Assembly (NCBI GenBank): GCA_964658305.1
Contig: OZ210885.1
Location: 9,858,001 to 9,922,000, forward strand
DNA: 64,000 nucleotides
Direction: 5' to 3'
DNA from: Leptogorgia sarmentosa
Lineage: Eukaryota
The notes beneath the pieces are model-generated. The model was not told where the DNA came from, did not search any database, and worked only from the letters and a program-made list of their open reading frames with translations. Position numbers and translations under genes: made by a program. How positions within the stretch are numbered: position 1 is the first letter of the stretch; each line of letters opens with the position of its first letter. Of the stretch, positions 1 through 14,098 are shown in pieces.

Positions 1-1378
1 TGACCGATCTCATGAAGGTGTGTTGCCCATGTGGCAACATTAAGGTGTCCCTTGAAAGAATTAATTTTTATAGAAAGCAATTCTAGTCTGTTGGAAAAGT
101 CCCCCCTTGGATTTTCCAAATTCTAATTTAATTTTTTTTTGTTTTTTCTACATTATAAGTACCCAAGCAATGTGAAGTAACCGAAAACTTTGTACCTTAA
201 ACCGCTTAACGAAGTTGAGAGCGATTTAAAAATTGTCTTTTGATACATCATCCTGCATTAGCCAAGGTATTATTTTAGTTACGCTATCTCGTGCCATTTT
301 GCATATTTTAAAGGGCATTGCATGTTAATTGCTCAGGTGATTAGAAATATATTTTGATTTGCTGACTTTATAAAATGCCGTGAATCTCATTATTTTGCGC
401 CGTGTTGAAATTAAAAACTACTGCATTGTGGTGCATACGCATCTATGCAAGTGTTTGTTGGAAATATTAAATCTGTGTGTTATTCCTTCATAGTGAGCAG
501 AGCTTTTGCTGTTTATTGATGTTGTTATCCGTTATACCTAAACTGTAGCTACATGTTGAAACATGTTATCATGAATTTATTAAACTTGTTGTCACAAACT
601 AAGGGGAGAAGAAATACGAACTGCACGGTCCGCAGGGTTTGCCCATGGAAAGTAGCCATTGAATATAGAATAAAATGTTTGCATACTACAAAGATATAGA
701 TAGAAATTAACATAAGAGTGCAATAGAATAAAACGTATGATACAATTACGCTGTTCCTGTTCTATTAACCTTTCGCAGGTTGGAACTTCTACAAAAAAAT
801 TTTGTGCAAAACTTATCCGGAACTTTTCACAACAACATTCGATCCCGATTTACCCTGTACTTATTATTATATTCTTCAGATAGGACGTCTCCTTGTCATT
901 CCTAATTTCATCTATTTCAATGCTTGTAAAAAATATTATAATAGTTAGCCTAGTTGTTTGTATATTTTTGTCAGGCTGACACCGTGCATTGGATCCAGTC
1001 CAGTTCTCGTGTATTTAGTATGTTTGTTACTGAATTAAAGTCAATATCATAAATCAAAATGACAATGAGGCATTTTAGGACATAAATCAAAAGAAGAAGC
1101 ATTTAACTACTATCAGCAACATTTAAGCATTCTTGTCGCAATTGAGCGGCGTCAACGTTTCACGAGCGTTTTTTATTTGGTTGTGCCCTACGCATTTAAC
1201 CCGCCCAACATTAAAATTCTTTTTTAGTGATGAGAGCAACAGAACGTTGAAGACCGGAAAGGTTCCTGGGGAACAAATTTTGAAAATTGAATGGCTCCCT
1301 GATACTCGGTAATTTTTCCTGCATAATATATTCTGCATAAATAGTTTCCCATCTTTCCTAGTTAATTGAAACACTACC

Positions 1379-1573
1379 TTTTTTCTCTGCAAAATCTGAA
1401 TGCTCCGTCCTCTGCTTATTCTGACGACATTCGATTTCATCTGTTTTCTCCGCCAGACGTTTAAGCTCCATTGAATGATGTTCAAGTTTCTCAGCTGCAG
1501 ACCTTTCAACCTCTGTAATTTTGCGAAGCAGTGTGGATTGTATGTTATTGAGTTTCTCCATCACTGGATTTAT
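1379..1573 (-). CDS. Probable internal coding exon with coiled-coil character (INPVMEKLNNIQSTLLRKITEVERSAAEKLEHHSMELKRLAEK...)
   Basis: Open frame bounded by tattcAG acceptor and AAG|GTAGT donor on the minus strand; heptad-like composition; same strand as the 4956-5548 exon. Confidence 0.45.
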
Positions 1574-4500
1574 CTGAATAGATAAATTTGATTTAGTAAT
1601 ATTCAACTTATGGGCTGAAACAAATTTGAAATCACTCCCAACTTCACAAAGCGGCTTAAGGTGTGTGATGTAATAATAGTTATAATCTAACGTTATTAGT
1701 ATAGGTAATAGTATCGTTTCGAGTGCAATTTGGAAAAACATGCAGGAGTAAGTTTTTCAAAGACATTCAAAATTGCACGAGTCCAAAGGACGAGTGCTAT
1801 TTGAAGTCTTTGAAAAGCTCATGAGTGTATGTTTTTTCAAAATTGCATGAGAATTTAAATAGAATATACTTGTCTCGCTTTGCTCTGCCGCTAATATACG
1901 GAGATGTTTTGCTTGTCCATCGAGCATTTGCTTGAACGAAGAGAAATCTCTGTCTTGTATTATAAAAAGGTTGTCAACATCGACTGCTGTTAATATCACT
2001 TTTAAGTGTCTGGTTCATATTCATCGCTGTTTCTTTCTTAATTCACAGTTTTTGTTCAGCATAAAAACAATCGAGCAAAATATATAATCTAACACCTCTT
2101 GCGGAATATTTTGTATCTCGCGCTGTATTTCCTTTTCAATGCACCATTTTCTCCGCACAATCAACCGCAGGACAAGATATCTTTCCTGGTATTTTCATTT
2201 TTCGAACTATTTTTAAGCCCCTCTATCATTTGTCTGTTCCTAAAAGAATCTACCCAAGGAGGCAGCCATTTTTTCATCCTCGAATAATTTCATATTTTAT
2301 TATTGTTCGCCAGAGATGGCTTAATGTGATTGGCTAGCTTTGTAATCTCAGCCAATCAGAAGGCATAAACATCTGAAGAAATTTGCACTGAATTTCTTTT
2401 TTTGGGACTGAATCTCCTTTTTTTGGCACTGTATTTCCTTAAAATTGCACTGCTCTCAGCCAATCAGATTCGAGAATTTTTTTCATGTATATTTATAAGA
2501 TTAGAGATTAAGATGAGTATGTAAATTAATGAGACAAAATAATGAGCCGAGGACAGAGTTCGTGGTGCTGTGGACGACCTGACAAGTAAAGAGGGCAGGG
2601 TCACGCAAGGATTCGAGAAGAATTAGTTGGAATTGAAAGCGTGTATCGAGGTGACTAAAAACAATCTTAGCCGAGAAGAGTAAAGTAAAATTGTTAGTTC
2701 TTGAATGAAAAAAAGGTGACGAAGCGTATAACTAGCGTGGGGTGAACTAAGCTCGAAAACTTAAAAGAATCAACTACGGTCTGATGTCCTGAAGTTTAAA
2801 GACAGTCGTTCTATACTTGGAGTGCTCTAGTCGATAAACGGTGGAGTTATATCCAACTCTCGCCCAGCAAAGGTTAGAAACCGAAGCCAGTCGCTTAAAC
2901 AGTTAATTCCCAAATTAAATAGAATTACTGAAGGAGAACTTGAAGGCAATTACTGAGAAAGTCAAGAATCCTCGGGATAGAAACTACGCATTGTGGCTAG
3001 CTGAAGAGAGAAGACTGAAACTCTGTGGACTTGGTTTGTTTGAACTGCAACGCACGCCCGTGTGCTCAACCGTCTGAGCTTTATCAATATTTTCCTGACT
3101 TTAATGGTTGGGATTTTAGAGAAAGGGAAATTGCTTCGCCGATCTTTTACGGGCTACCCACATGCGTACCTATTTTTTCCTCTCTTATAAATTGGCCCTT
3201 TTTTCTCAAAATTTTCGAATTGCCATCGAATAATTTTTACCTTACTGTGAGGACGAAATATTCCAATGTTTGGTCGACACAGATGTAAAGTCGAATACGA
3301 GCTAAAATTTTTGTGACGACATTATACATAAGGTCTATTGAAATTTGATATGCAAGTTTCCTAGTTTGTAAACTTTTCAGAAATTGGTAGTTCAACGTTG
3401 GAACCTCAATAGCAATTTTGCAAGGAAAATAATTGTTATCTATCAAAATTTAGGTTTATCTTGCCTATGAGAATGGCTAAATTGTTTTGCTTAATGGGAT
3501 GTCCCAGCCCCTTGGGTTAGTTTTTCGCCCCTAAAAGAGTATTTTATTTATCAGTAATTGATATGTAGTGTGTTTTATTTATCAGTACACGCTTCGTCCT
3601 AAGTATTCTATTGCAAACGTGTCCCCAAAAAGTATGCACATGTTTGACTTGCAACGTTCAACGGGTAAAACAAAACTCATAAAAACAGCATTATCGAAGA
3701 AAAGCACAGATTGCGTTCCCACGCTGAAAATTTTCACTCGCTCGCATTTGAAACATGTCTTATATTAATTTGAACAGCGTCGTCCTACTTATTCAACGAC
3801 TGTTAAATGAAACATCAAAAGTTCCTCAAACCTTTGTGGCGTCCAAATCGTAGTTTTTGATACAACGGCAAAGTTCAGCTACACTTTCTGCAATTAGTTT
3901 TGCGTGACGACCATCAACAAGAATGTCTGGAAATAATGAAGAAAATTTATCTTGAGTATCACAAACACTATAAATCTACCGCTGCTAATGCGCGTAGCAC
4001 GAAGGATACATGAAAAAGCATGCCTTGCTGTCCATACAAACTATTTGATAAGCATGGTCTGCTGTCGTTATTAGCAAACTTCAATATGCGGCAAGTGTAG
4101 TGGATAGGGGATAACAACATCAGCAAGCAGCACATGTCCTACCCACTACCTCAACAATGCAAACAGGTTGGACGTTTTGAGTAAAGTAGATTTTTTGCAT
4201 GATAGACATGCAAAAATTTCGAAATAGTACAATCCAGAGCAACAGCGTTAATAAAGAGTATGACAAAGTTAGTAAAACTGTAAAGTCTGGTTGAGAAATG
4301 TTTTAAAATGCGAAAAATATTACCCTGTAAAGTTTTCAAATTTTGTATATTTTAGTATTACCCATGCATTTATATCCTTATCGAGAAAAGTCTATGAATT
4401 TTGCGTGCCTAATACTAAAATGAAAAAATTGGCAAAATTGCGTTAAACATTCCCGACTTTTGAATGATTGAAGTTTTGAACACAAATGTCCAACTGGAAT

Positions 4501-4955
4501 TAGTACGATTTACGAAGTCTAATTCATGTGAAAATTTTGATTTTATTCATATGTCAGCATATATTAGTTGTACTATACTGTATATCATGTCGTATACAGT
4601 ATTAAAGGCATTAACTTCTGCACTTATATGAAGGTCTAAAAATAAATCACTGTCACCAATTCAACACTAGATTTCTACAAGTGTAGCTAAAGTAAAGCTA
4701 CACTATTGGAGAATTTAATTTTTTTTACCTGTTCGACCCCATATAATTTCAACGATTGATCGTATTGAGAATCGCATTGAATTGTATATATGGAAATATA
4801 TGAATAAAATTGGATGATAATAATAATAATAAATGAATAATAAGAGAAATTCTTTCAACACATGGGGGTTTTCTTACCGGAGATAAAAAATGATCTGTGC
4901 AAAACATATTTAAAGGCATGATGAAATTCCGGCAATAATGCTAATAATACAGTAC

Positions 4956-5548
4956 CTGTTTTATTCCAGAAATCTAGTTCATCACAAATTATTTTTTCGT
5001 CAGCTATTGGTAAATTTAATATTTTGACCAAAGATTCCATTCCTTGAAACGAGGCATTGAACATATGTACAGTCCATTCAGAGATGTTACAATGAGCCCA
5101 TGGGTTTCTGATGTCCGACCGAACTTTGTTTGCTTCAGCTGCAGCACCAGATGATACAAAAGGGTCTGCCTTGCCGATAATAGTCAAAAGTGCTGACATA
5201 TCCATGGTTTTATCAAATCCAGTGAAATGTGCCATAAAGTCCGTGACGAATAGTTTCGCCAAAGAGACAGGATCTTTAACAGCATAATCATAAGCTGATT
5301 TAGTAGGCTTGTGGATAATGTTATTGTTAATGTTTTGATATTGTAGGTTATGGGTGGAAGGGGGTAATTTCTTCTTTCTGTATGCTGCGAAATCTTGCTT
5401 GTGAATTTCATCAGGTGGTTGGCATAAAGAATGATACCACTTCCCAAGTTCAATGGCGACAACGTTCCTCAATGCAGGTGCAAGAACTTTGGTAAAGGCA
5501 ATGCCAACTAAAACCCAATGTTGTTCTTCCTCTGATATCATTATCGTT
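4956..5548 (-). CDS. First coding exon of a protein with an N-terminal HEPN-like domain (as in NLR/STAND- or DZIP3-associated proteins)
   Basis: ATG at 5541, acceptor AG at 5549-5550, donor AG|GTAC at 4955; helical domain with RSDIRNPWAH (RxxxxH) motif. Confidence 0.65.
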
Positions 5549-5976
5549 CTATGAAGTAAACATAAAATAATGGTGTTACAATTTTAGCTACCAAAGCACA
5601 AAGCTTTTCTAAACAGTACAGACATAATTACTTTTTGACATTTTAATGTTTTACAAATATGTGAAAGTAGAAGTTTCTTTGAAAATACTAGAACGTATGT
5701 CCTTTGAAAATACTGTATGAGTAACCCAGTTTTGAAAAATCAGACAAGCAAGATTTATACAATTTATAAGACGAGTGGAAAGTATTGACCACTCAACGCT
5801 GTCTGCAAATATTCGGCTTCGTTGCCTCGCAGTTTGTTCAGTATTTCGAGCATATTATGGATAGTTGCAAGCTGACGACGATCAAATATATTTCTTTCGT
5901 TATTTTTATCATTCAAGCTGTGCCACTCTAAATAATATAATAATCGCTTTAAAGTCACTTAGATCATAAACAAATC

Positions 5977-6045
5977 AGTGGCGTAACCGAGGGGTGTCAG
6001 GGTGTCCAGTGACAGGGGGCCCCCGAACTTTAGGGGCCCCCGACA
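5977..6045. mobile_element. hAT-like MITE terminus fragment
   Basis: Begins CAGTGGCGTAACC followed by GGGGCCCCC subterminal motifs; same terminal family as 51441 and 51548. Confidence 0.5.
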
Positions 6046-6647
6046 AAATGAACATAAAAAATTGATAGCACATTTCTGGGAAATTCAAATACGAAAAACA
6101 GAAATATAGGCAGGTGCGGGTGGAGTTGCCTATTAATTGGGACTTATGGTGTATCCTTTACCTGTTCTTTGGAAGAGAGAAGCGAAATTCATTAAATTCA
6201 AATTCGGGTTCGAGTCTATTCTGTAACAAAGTGAGGTTTGCCGTTGTGACAATCGTCTATGCTCAGATTTAAGTAAGACATTGTATTTTTTACACATAAT
6301 GTCCATCCGGAATTATGCATATGTATATCTATTTATAATATAAGCAGGGTAAAATCTGCAACGTGATTGGCTAATGAGCGTGCATTATAACAGCGTAATG
6401 CACGCATCTAGCTATTAAATTTCTCCCGCGACTCTTTGGTTTGACAAAAAGACAATAAAAATACATATATACTAAAAATACATCCATGAAAAACGCTTGA
6501 ATTGTTTGCTTTCGCTCAGCTAAAGGAATAAAGCTGTGTTGCTGCTTGGCAACATTTGAGAACACGCTTGATTACATGTAAAGAGAATTGTAATTTTGAT
6601 CTTCCTAACGAAGTTTTTTGTTGCGCTAATATTCTCTTATATTATAA

Positions 6648-6838
6648 AAGAAATAGAAAAACTCGTCGCGTGCCATTATGCTGTTATAATTGCACTCGGG
6701 CAATGTTGTGAGAATACTCGAGAATCGCGTAAAACACTCGGCTACGCCTCGTGTTTTACGCGATTCTCTCGTATTCTCCCAACATTTCCCTCGTGCATTA
6801 TAACAGCATAATGGCACGCGACTCGTTATCTATTTCTT
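6648..6838. repeat. Long imperfect palindrome (~190 bp), part of a dispersed non-autonomous repeat
   Basis: AAGAAATAGA..CGCGTGCCATTATGCTGTTATAAT pairs with ATTATAACAGCATAATGGCACGCG..TCTATTTCTT. Confidence 0.85.
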
Positions 6839-7159
6839 AAACATAGCCTACAGATATAGGGAATAATGAATTTATTAATAAACGTCGCACCTTCGCAACT
6901 ACAGTTCGGCGGTTAATCGAGGATAAAAGAGAACTCACGCAGGGGACGTTTTTAACACCACGGTTGTCAATGTGACGATGATGTGAAGGAAATTGATATT
7001 CTATTCTGAACAGTTTTTGTTCATTCGTTAGGTTTTTGGGCAATAAAAATTACGAGCATTTACGGTACTTCCATGCTATCAGTCAAATATTCTTAATCTT
7101 GCAATAATTAAAAATGAAAGTTTTATGTTATGAGATGTATCCATGACCTTTTACTGATA

Positions 7160-8440
7160 GAAATGTTGCTGAAGATATAATATAGTTTTTAATGAAATTT
7201 GTAAACAAAATTGCGCGAGGGTACACACTACCAGTATTGAAGTTTGCTTTCCTGTGAATTTAAAGGCCTCGTCGTAATCTAATCATAATTAAGAACATGA
7301 AATTTGCGATACAGACTGCAAGTTGTCAAATTACAATGCAATTAAGGTCCGTCTGCGTGTTGTTTGGCTCTCTGGTCATTGCATGTTCAAGTCTGAATAA
7401 GCTCAGTTCAATTTAGGATTTTCAGTAAATCGTGCCACGTAGCGCTGTATGTCTAATGCATGACATGCCAATGACTGAACATTCGCCGGAGTCATACGTC
7501 TCCATGATATAATAACCCCAAGAATACACTGCAGATAGTCATGAAAAGCTTTTTATAGCATTCAATAAATATAATTAATGATTCATGATCCCGACCTTTT
7601 CGGATCAAAACGTTTGAAATGATATCTAGTGTTAGGAGTATCTTGTCTGAACTGAAAATTGAAGTCTACAACACTACAACATACAAACAAACGCTTTTGC
7701 ATGACGAATTGCTTAGATAAACTAAGTGGTGTGCATAGGCGTACGAGGCGGGGGGGGGGGGGGGGGGGGGGGGGCTGGGGGGGCTGCAGCCCCCCCCCCA
7801 GATTGGATTAAATGGACTATTTTTGGGCAATATATATAGGTTTTTTGGGCAATATATTTAAATATTCCGGTTTTTCGAGCAATATGTTTAAAAAAAGGTA
7901 ATATAACCAAATCTTTCATGGGATAACTGGTGTTTCTACACGTGCAAATCGGAAAAAAATTGGCGAGCGGGGGGGGGGAATGATTTTACATGATTTTCCA
8001 TTTTCCATTCACGCGTCTGAAAAATTTTTCGGGCAATTTGTTCAGCCCCCCCAAATAATTTGGTCCCGTACGCCTATGGTCGTGTGTGAGGAGTAAGAGA
8101 GACATACTCCAAAGGCACGTTTATTTGGCATTTTGTTGCAGACGCATGATATCGTACTTTGAAAGGAAATTTGCAATGTGACATTTTATAACGTTACTCT
8201 GCAAACTGGAAACAATTTCGAAACATTTTCGTAGAGTCACCGAGTGTTAAAATGACTTTTGAAAGAAAAAGCGATTCTGTATTCATTTTGTGTCACATAA
8301 CTCAACGCCGTCATATCTCGCGAACGTTCGAGCAATTCTGTTTGCGGGTTTCACTTGAATGGTGCTGGGTCGAAGAACAATATAACTGACATAACTCAGC
8401 AAGACACCCATATGTGACATTTTACGTGGGAACAGAAAGC
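7160..8440 (+). repeat. Copy 1 of a diverged local duplication (copy 2 at ~9670-10720)
   Basis: Shared colinear blocks such as AGTATTGAAGTTTGCTTTCC and GGGTTTCACTTGAATGGTGCTGGGTCGAAG. Confidence 0.85.
7734..8078. mobile_element. hAT-type MITE
   Basis: TIR CATAGGCGTACG / CGTACGCCTATG; 8-bp TSD GTGGTGTG / GTCGTGTG; absent from the paralogous site at ~10270. Confidence 0.9.
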
Positions 8441-9669
8441 CGCAATGATTAGATTAGGGTCAGCAATAAAGATTATAAATATAACTGATAGCACAATTTA
8501 CATGGTTTTTTTCGGCGCTCATTTCAGGCTAAAGTTTATGCAAATTTGGGTAAATCTTTTAAAATACAATATGAAACTGCACTACGGTCGTTGTGAAACA
8601 TTCAAGATCGTTAAGGTCACAAAGACATTGCATGTCAACATGCGTTTGCATGTAGCGGAATATTTTATATATGTTTCAACTCTGATTCCAATGAAGCAAT
8701 GAATTACTTGCTTTCTATGGTGACAGTTGATCAATACTAAAACAATACGCAGATTCGACTTTTGGGACAAAGGCTCTTAGTTGAACTTTTGCTAAGATAC
8801 AATCCTTGGTGAGTGGATTTTCCGGTGCTCTTGATGCTATTATTCGTCAGACTATACCTAAATTAAACGATGAACTCCGACAAAAGGCGTTCGCTCCAAA
8901 TATTGAAACTTATTAATTGCATCGTTTAGGTAGTGAGCAATTGCAAAACCCTTTCTGGAGTTTGCTGTTGTGATCCGCTTCCCGCACTGGCGCGCCGCAT
9001 ATTGAATATTTCCTTACACACTACTCGGTAAAATAATTCAGTGACAATAAATGTGATGAATTCTACTCACCACAAGACATTCGGTGTATAAACTACATGA
9101 AGCTGAAGCAAGTTGCTGTTTAAGCTCCGGGAATATTGTTGCAAAGTGAAAAGTAATGCATGTTGGGTTTCATGCAACAAAACAGTACATTGAAATGATT
9201 TCTGTCACAATAATAAGACGTCTGAACGACCAATACAAGCTTACCCTATGACGTAAAATACCAAAATGTTTTTCGCCTGACATGAGTTCGTAGCTTTACA
9301 CCAGGGCACATTGCAACTCAACTTATTTTTAATCCGTCATGAATTTAAAATCATTCGGTTATATTTTCCCTCTTTTTAGGAAATATAATTATCATATGAA
9401 TGAAAAATTAAATACAGTTCGTATATTAAATTTCGCAAAGATTTTGGCAGTTAAATACCCATCACAATGTAGTAGATGTTACCGTGATTTTCAAACATAA
9501 GTCATGTGGGAAAGAGTTGGGTAGATATACACGTGACAATTTTAAAACTAAAGCACATATATCTTACATTCCTTTAAACAACCCCATAGTTCGCTTACTT
9601 GCATGCTGTCAGTCAATTTAATCTCAGTCTTTGTTTTATGGTAGACGCAATCTATCAACTTTTACAGAC

Positions 9670-10720
9670 TGAAATGTTGCCAATCATATACTATAGTTTT
9701 TTTATGAAACTTGTAAACAAACTTGCGTGAGGTATACACTGCTAGTATTGAAGTTTGCTTTCCTTAGTTTGCTTTGAAGACTTCGTCGCAAGCTAATTAG
9801 TCAAGAACAGTAAATTTGCTAACAGCGCTACAGACTGAGCGTTGCTAAGTTGCAGTTATATCGCTGAAAACCTGAAAGCAATAAAGGTCCACCTGTTGTT
9901 TGGTCCCTGGTTATTGCATGCTTAAGTCTGTATTGAATAAGTCCGAAGTGAGGATGGAGGCTGCTTTGTTTGGCAATGCTCAATTCAATTTAGGATTTCA
10001 ACAAACGTGCCAAGTAGCGCTGTATGCATGACATGTCAGCGATTGAACACGCACCAGTCATATGTATGTTCACCATGATATAACCACCCAAGAATCAGTA
10101 CATATAGTAATGAAAAGCTTTAAAGCATTTATTAAATACTGATTCATGACCTTAGCTTTTATAAAAAGATCAGATCTTGTCTAGTTTTATCAGTATCTTG
10201 TCTGAATAAATTAAGTTTAATTTACAAACAAGCGCTCTTGCATGACAAATACCTTAGATAAGCCGTAAGTGGTGATATGAGGAGTTTGTGTGAGTAAACT
10301 TTATGGGAGTTCACGAGATCAAAGAGAATTAAAAGTAAGAGCGACATAGAACACCATCGCATAACCTGAGACAATTTTACACGAATGGTAGAAGCGTAAA
10401 GGCATGTTTGTTTGTCATTATGTTGCAACGTCATCAGATGGATATTGTGCTTTGAAAGGAAATTTGTTTTATGGGATTTTGTTACGTTATTGTTCAAACT
10501 GGAAATAGTTTTAAAACTTTTATTATATTACTCACCGAATGTTGAATTCGCAAAGATGTTAAAAGGACAAAAGCTTCTGTATTAAACTTCTACGACGTAA
10601 ATAAATGTCGTCACATATTGAGAACGTTCCAGCTTTTGTGTTTGTGGGTTTCACTTGAATGGTGCTGGGTCGAAGTATAATATAACTTAGTCATATGTCA
10701 CGAGTTGCGTGGGAGCAAGG
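9670..10720 (+). repeat. Copy 2 of the diverged local duplication
   Basis: Colinear with 7160-8440 but lacks the MITE. Confidence 0.85.
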
Positions 10721-12499
10721 AGCAGCATGTATTTACCATGCATCAGACATTGAATATGAATGCGAATTAAAATCGACTCAGACTTGTATAGGGTGCCGGT
10801 TCCAAAAAAGTTTTCTTTATAGAAATCACTCTTTTGTTGTTAATCTCGGGTTATAAATTCACTATAAGTTTAAATTCACTTCTGGCGAACAGCATCATAA
10901 ATTCGTGTTGTTTAGCCTCATTTGCACCAACAAGATTTATTTGGCAAGTTCCACTTTAACAATTTTTTCCTTCATTTATAGTTTTTAATGGACGTGAAAC
11001 TGCAGAGACCTGTCCAAAATTAATACAACAAAGGTTGGATACAGACATAAAGAGCAGACCATCATGTGTTTGCTAAAGCTGCAATAACAACTCAACTGAT
11101 CATACGTCAGGTATGGCGTAGCGTTCGCAGTAATTGCAACTGTCATTCAATAGAAACCTATCACAAAGTCATGGCTAGCTGCTCTATATAGAATTGTAAG
11201 GTTAAAAATAAAATTGTAATCAGCAGGAACCAAACCCGATTTATTGTGGTAAATACCAAGTGAAGCAATAATAATTTTAATACACATTAATACACAGGCA
11301 GAAAGCTAAAAAAATCATACACTACAATCATGCTTTGTAGCGCGAAATTCTAACTTTTTACACGTCTCTTTACACGTCGATTGCAATTTTCAGGGCACCA
11401 GATTAACTTGTACATTTAATATATTTGATAGGGAGCTAGGGCAATCTTTCTGGTCTTAAAGTGCCCAGTTTAATTTGCATGCACATGTGCCAAAATTAAC
11501 AAAAACGTCAACAATATATGTCTACAGGTTTGACAGGTCAAAAGGAAGTGGCGAAAAGAAAACAATTAAAATATTCCACAGAAACAAAACGCTTCACTTA
11601 TAAAAACTCTTTGATATCAATCACACTGATGAATAAAGCAACTTTGTTATTTCACGCAGTTCGGTGCCAGCGACATAATTATTTGTTATTGATGCATTAG
11701 AGAGAGTATAATAAAATCGGCGTATTATCGCACAACGTTTGTATTTTCAACAATATATAACATAATCGATATCATTAAAAAGATTGGGCTACATTTGGTT
11801 TGGGATACAAAGATAAAGAAAGAGATTTAAAAGGTAATCTTCAAGCTAACATTATATGCAGTTAAATTTAGCAAGTCTGAGAAATCATCTGACCATGTCG
11901 GTATAATATCTATAATATTCGAACATTAATTGGCTTATAAGCTATTATTTGTGATTCTATATATTTGGTGAGTTTGCCATTTTGCAAGAGTAATAGTAAA
12001 TGACGAAGATTTGTCATTCGCTTTGCAATTTTAGGCTTTAAGGTCTATTTTCCGCGTCGCCCACTGTAAATGGGCAATCATTGGGTATGGTGCATTTAAG
12101 CAGTAATTCATAACTTTCATAAGCTTGAATCAACATAGTTCTGGTTTCATCCCAATCAGAACCTTTCCATAATTTTGATACGTTTACTGCCCAGAAGTCA
12201 AAATGTGATTGTTTAAGGTGTGAAAACATAACCATTCGTCGCTTTGTGTCAAAGTATGTCAAAGTATTTGAATGATGTAATTATTGAATCTGACGAAATC
12301 AACACATAATATTATTACAACGAGAAATTTGGCCGTGGGGCTTCATTTCTCATTTCTTGTGGGGCTCCATTTTTCATTTCAAAGTAGATGTTGATTTGGT
12401 GACCATGATTGTGCCAGCATTGTAACAAGAGGGGATAACTACAGGCTATGTGTGAAACAAGGAACGGGGAACCGGGAAAGCGGATCGTAAAGGGAATAC

Positions 12500-13035
12500 A
12501 TGAATCTGTAAAAGCCGGAACCTGTAAAAGCCGGAGACTGTGAAAAACGGAATCTTAAAACAAGGAATCTCCGAAGCCAGGAATCTGTAAAACCCGGAAT
12601 CTGTAAAATCTAGAACCTAAAAAAACAGGAATCTATAAAACCAGGAATCTGTAAAACCAGGAATCTGTAAAATCAGGAATCTATAAAATCAGGAATCAAT
12701 AAAACCAGGAATCTGTAAAATCAGGAATCTGTAAAATCAGGAATCTATAAAATCAGGAGTCTGTAAAACCAGGAATCTATAAAATCAGGAATCATTAAAA
12801 TCAGGAATCGGTAACCAGGAATCGGTAAAACCAGAAATCTATAAAATCAGGAATCTGTAAAATCAGGAATCTGTAAAAACAGGAATTTGTAGAACCAGAA
12901 ATCTATAAAACCAGGAATCTGTAAAATCAGGAATCTGTAAAACCAAAATTCTATAAAATCAGGAATCTGTAAATTTAGGAATCAAAACCAGGAATCTGTA
13001 AAATCAGGAGCCTTTGAAAGCCGGCATCTGTAGTA
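12500..13035 (+). repeat. Minisatellite with a ~17-bp unit (CAGGAATCTGTAAAA(T/C))
   Basis: About 30 degenerate tandem copies visible. Confidence 0.95.
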
Positions 13036-14098
13036 AAGCCAGTCGAACCGAGAGTCAATTCACCAATCAATTCATTTCAATTCAAAAAATCCAGTGCACT
13101 TAGTGCATCTAATGCCAAAAAATCCGCTAGAAATCCCGTAAAATAAAAAAAACTTGTGCTTCGCCCAAAGAAGGCTGTACAAGTCCAAAGTAATTCAGAA
13201 AACTCAATAGGTTTAAAGAGATCAACAAAAATTCATTTGCCGTGCAATGCTATAATCAAATTCATTTGACATCAGTTGTTTGTTTACTTTGTTACTGTTG
13301 CTGCCAAACAGCCAAAGCGAAATGAAAAAATATATAAAATTGCTGCTTTTTTATTCCACATGACAATCATAAAAGGTAAATTCATTGAAATGATTTAATC
13401 ACCCTGTTCAATGGTTAAAATATACCGTTTACGACACCAAAATATTTCGCCGAAAATGTTCGTACTAAAAAGTATTTCCAAAAATATAGAAGGGAAATTA
13501 AATCAACTGGTGATCGCATTTTTTGAAAATTTAAATTTTAACTTAAGATAAACTGCAAGTTTCCGATATATATTTCAATTTTTCCATTAAAACAGACATA
13601 CAAAAGAGATTTTTGAAGTTGTTTTGCCCAATGAAACGTTTTAACCTTCAGAAAGTCTATTTTGATTTAACACAAAAATCTAAAGTTCGTTAGTATTTTG
13701 AAATAATAAGAAGGCAGTCTTACATTTACAAAACGTAAACTTTCTTAAATTAAGCTGTTAACAGACTTAATGCGGCGCTAAACCAGCAATTCATAAAAAT
13801 ACGCAAAATTTTATATGCAAACAACACACACGCTTGTCCTGTATTTCAATCCACTGATCCTCGTTTCTCCTGCCTTCTCTATCTTTGCGAGAACGTATGC
13901 GTGCATTCCAACGCCATTTCTAGCCATGACCTGATTGAGTGTTGTTAACGTTAGCATTGTCAGCATTACGCTTGGCCAGCCAATCACAGTTGGCTGGCCA
14001 TTCTCTATAGTAATTTTCCAAGTTTTACCTTGGCCTAAAATAGTTTTATAACACTTGTTTTGCAGCAAATATCAAATTTGTTTTGACGTTTCTTGCAG

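Noticed and set aside
1123..1509. 128-aa minus-strand ORF
   Set aside because: Overlaps the better-supported exon in another frame and runs into probable intron.
2520..3230. GC-richer stretch that might be a retroelement fragment
   Set aside because: No recognisable motif in the frames I translated; cannot support a call.
7722..7919. Proline-rich ORF
   Set aside because: Arises from the poly-G tract of the MITE terminus.
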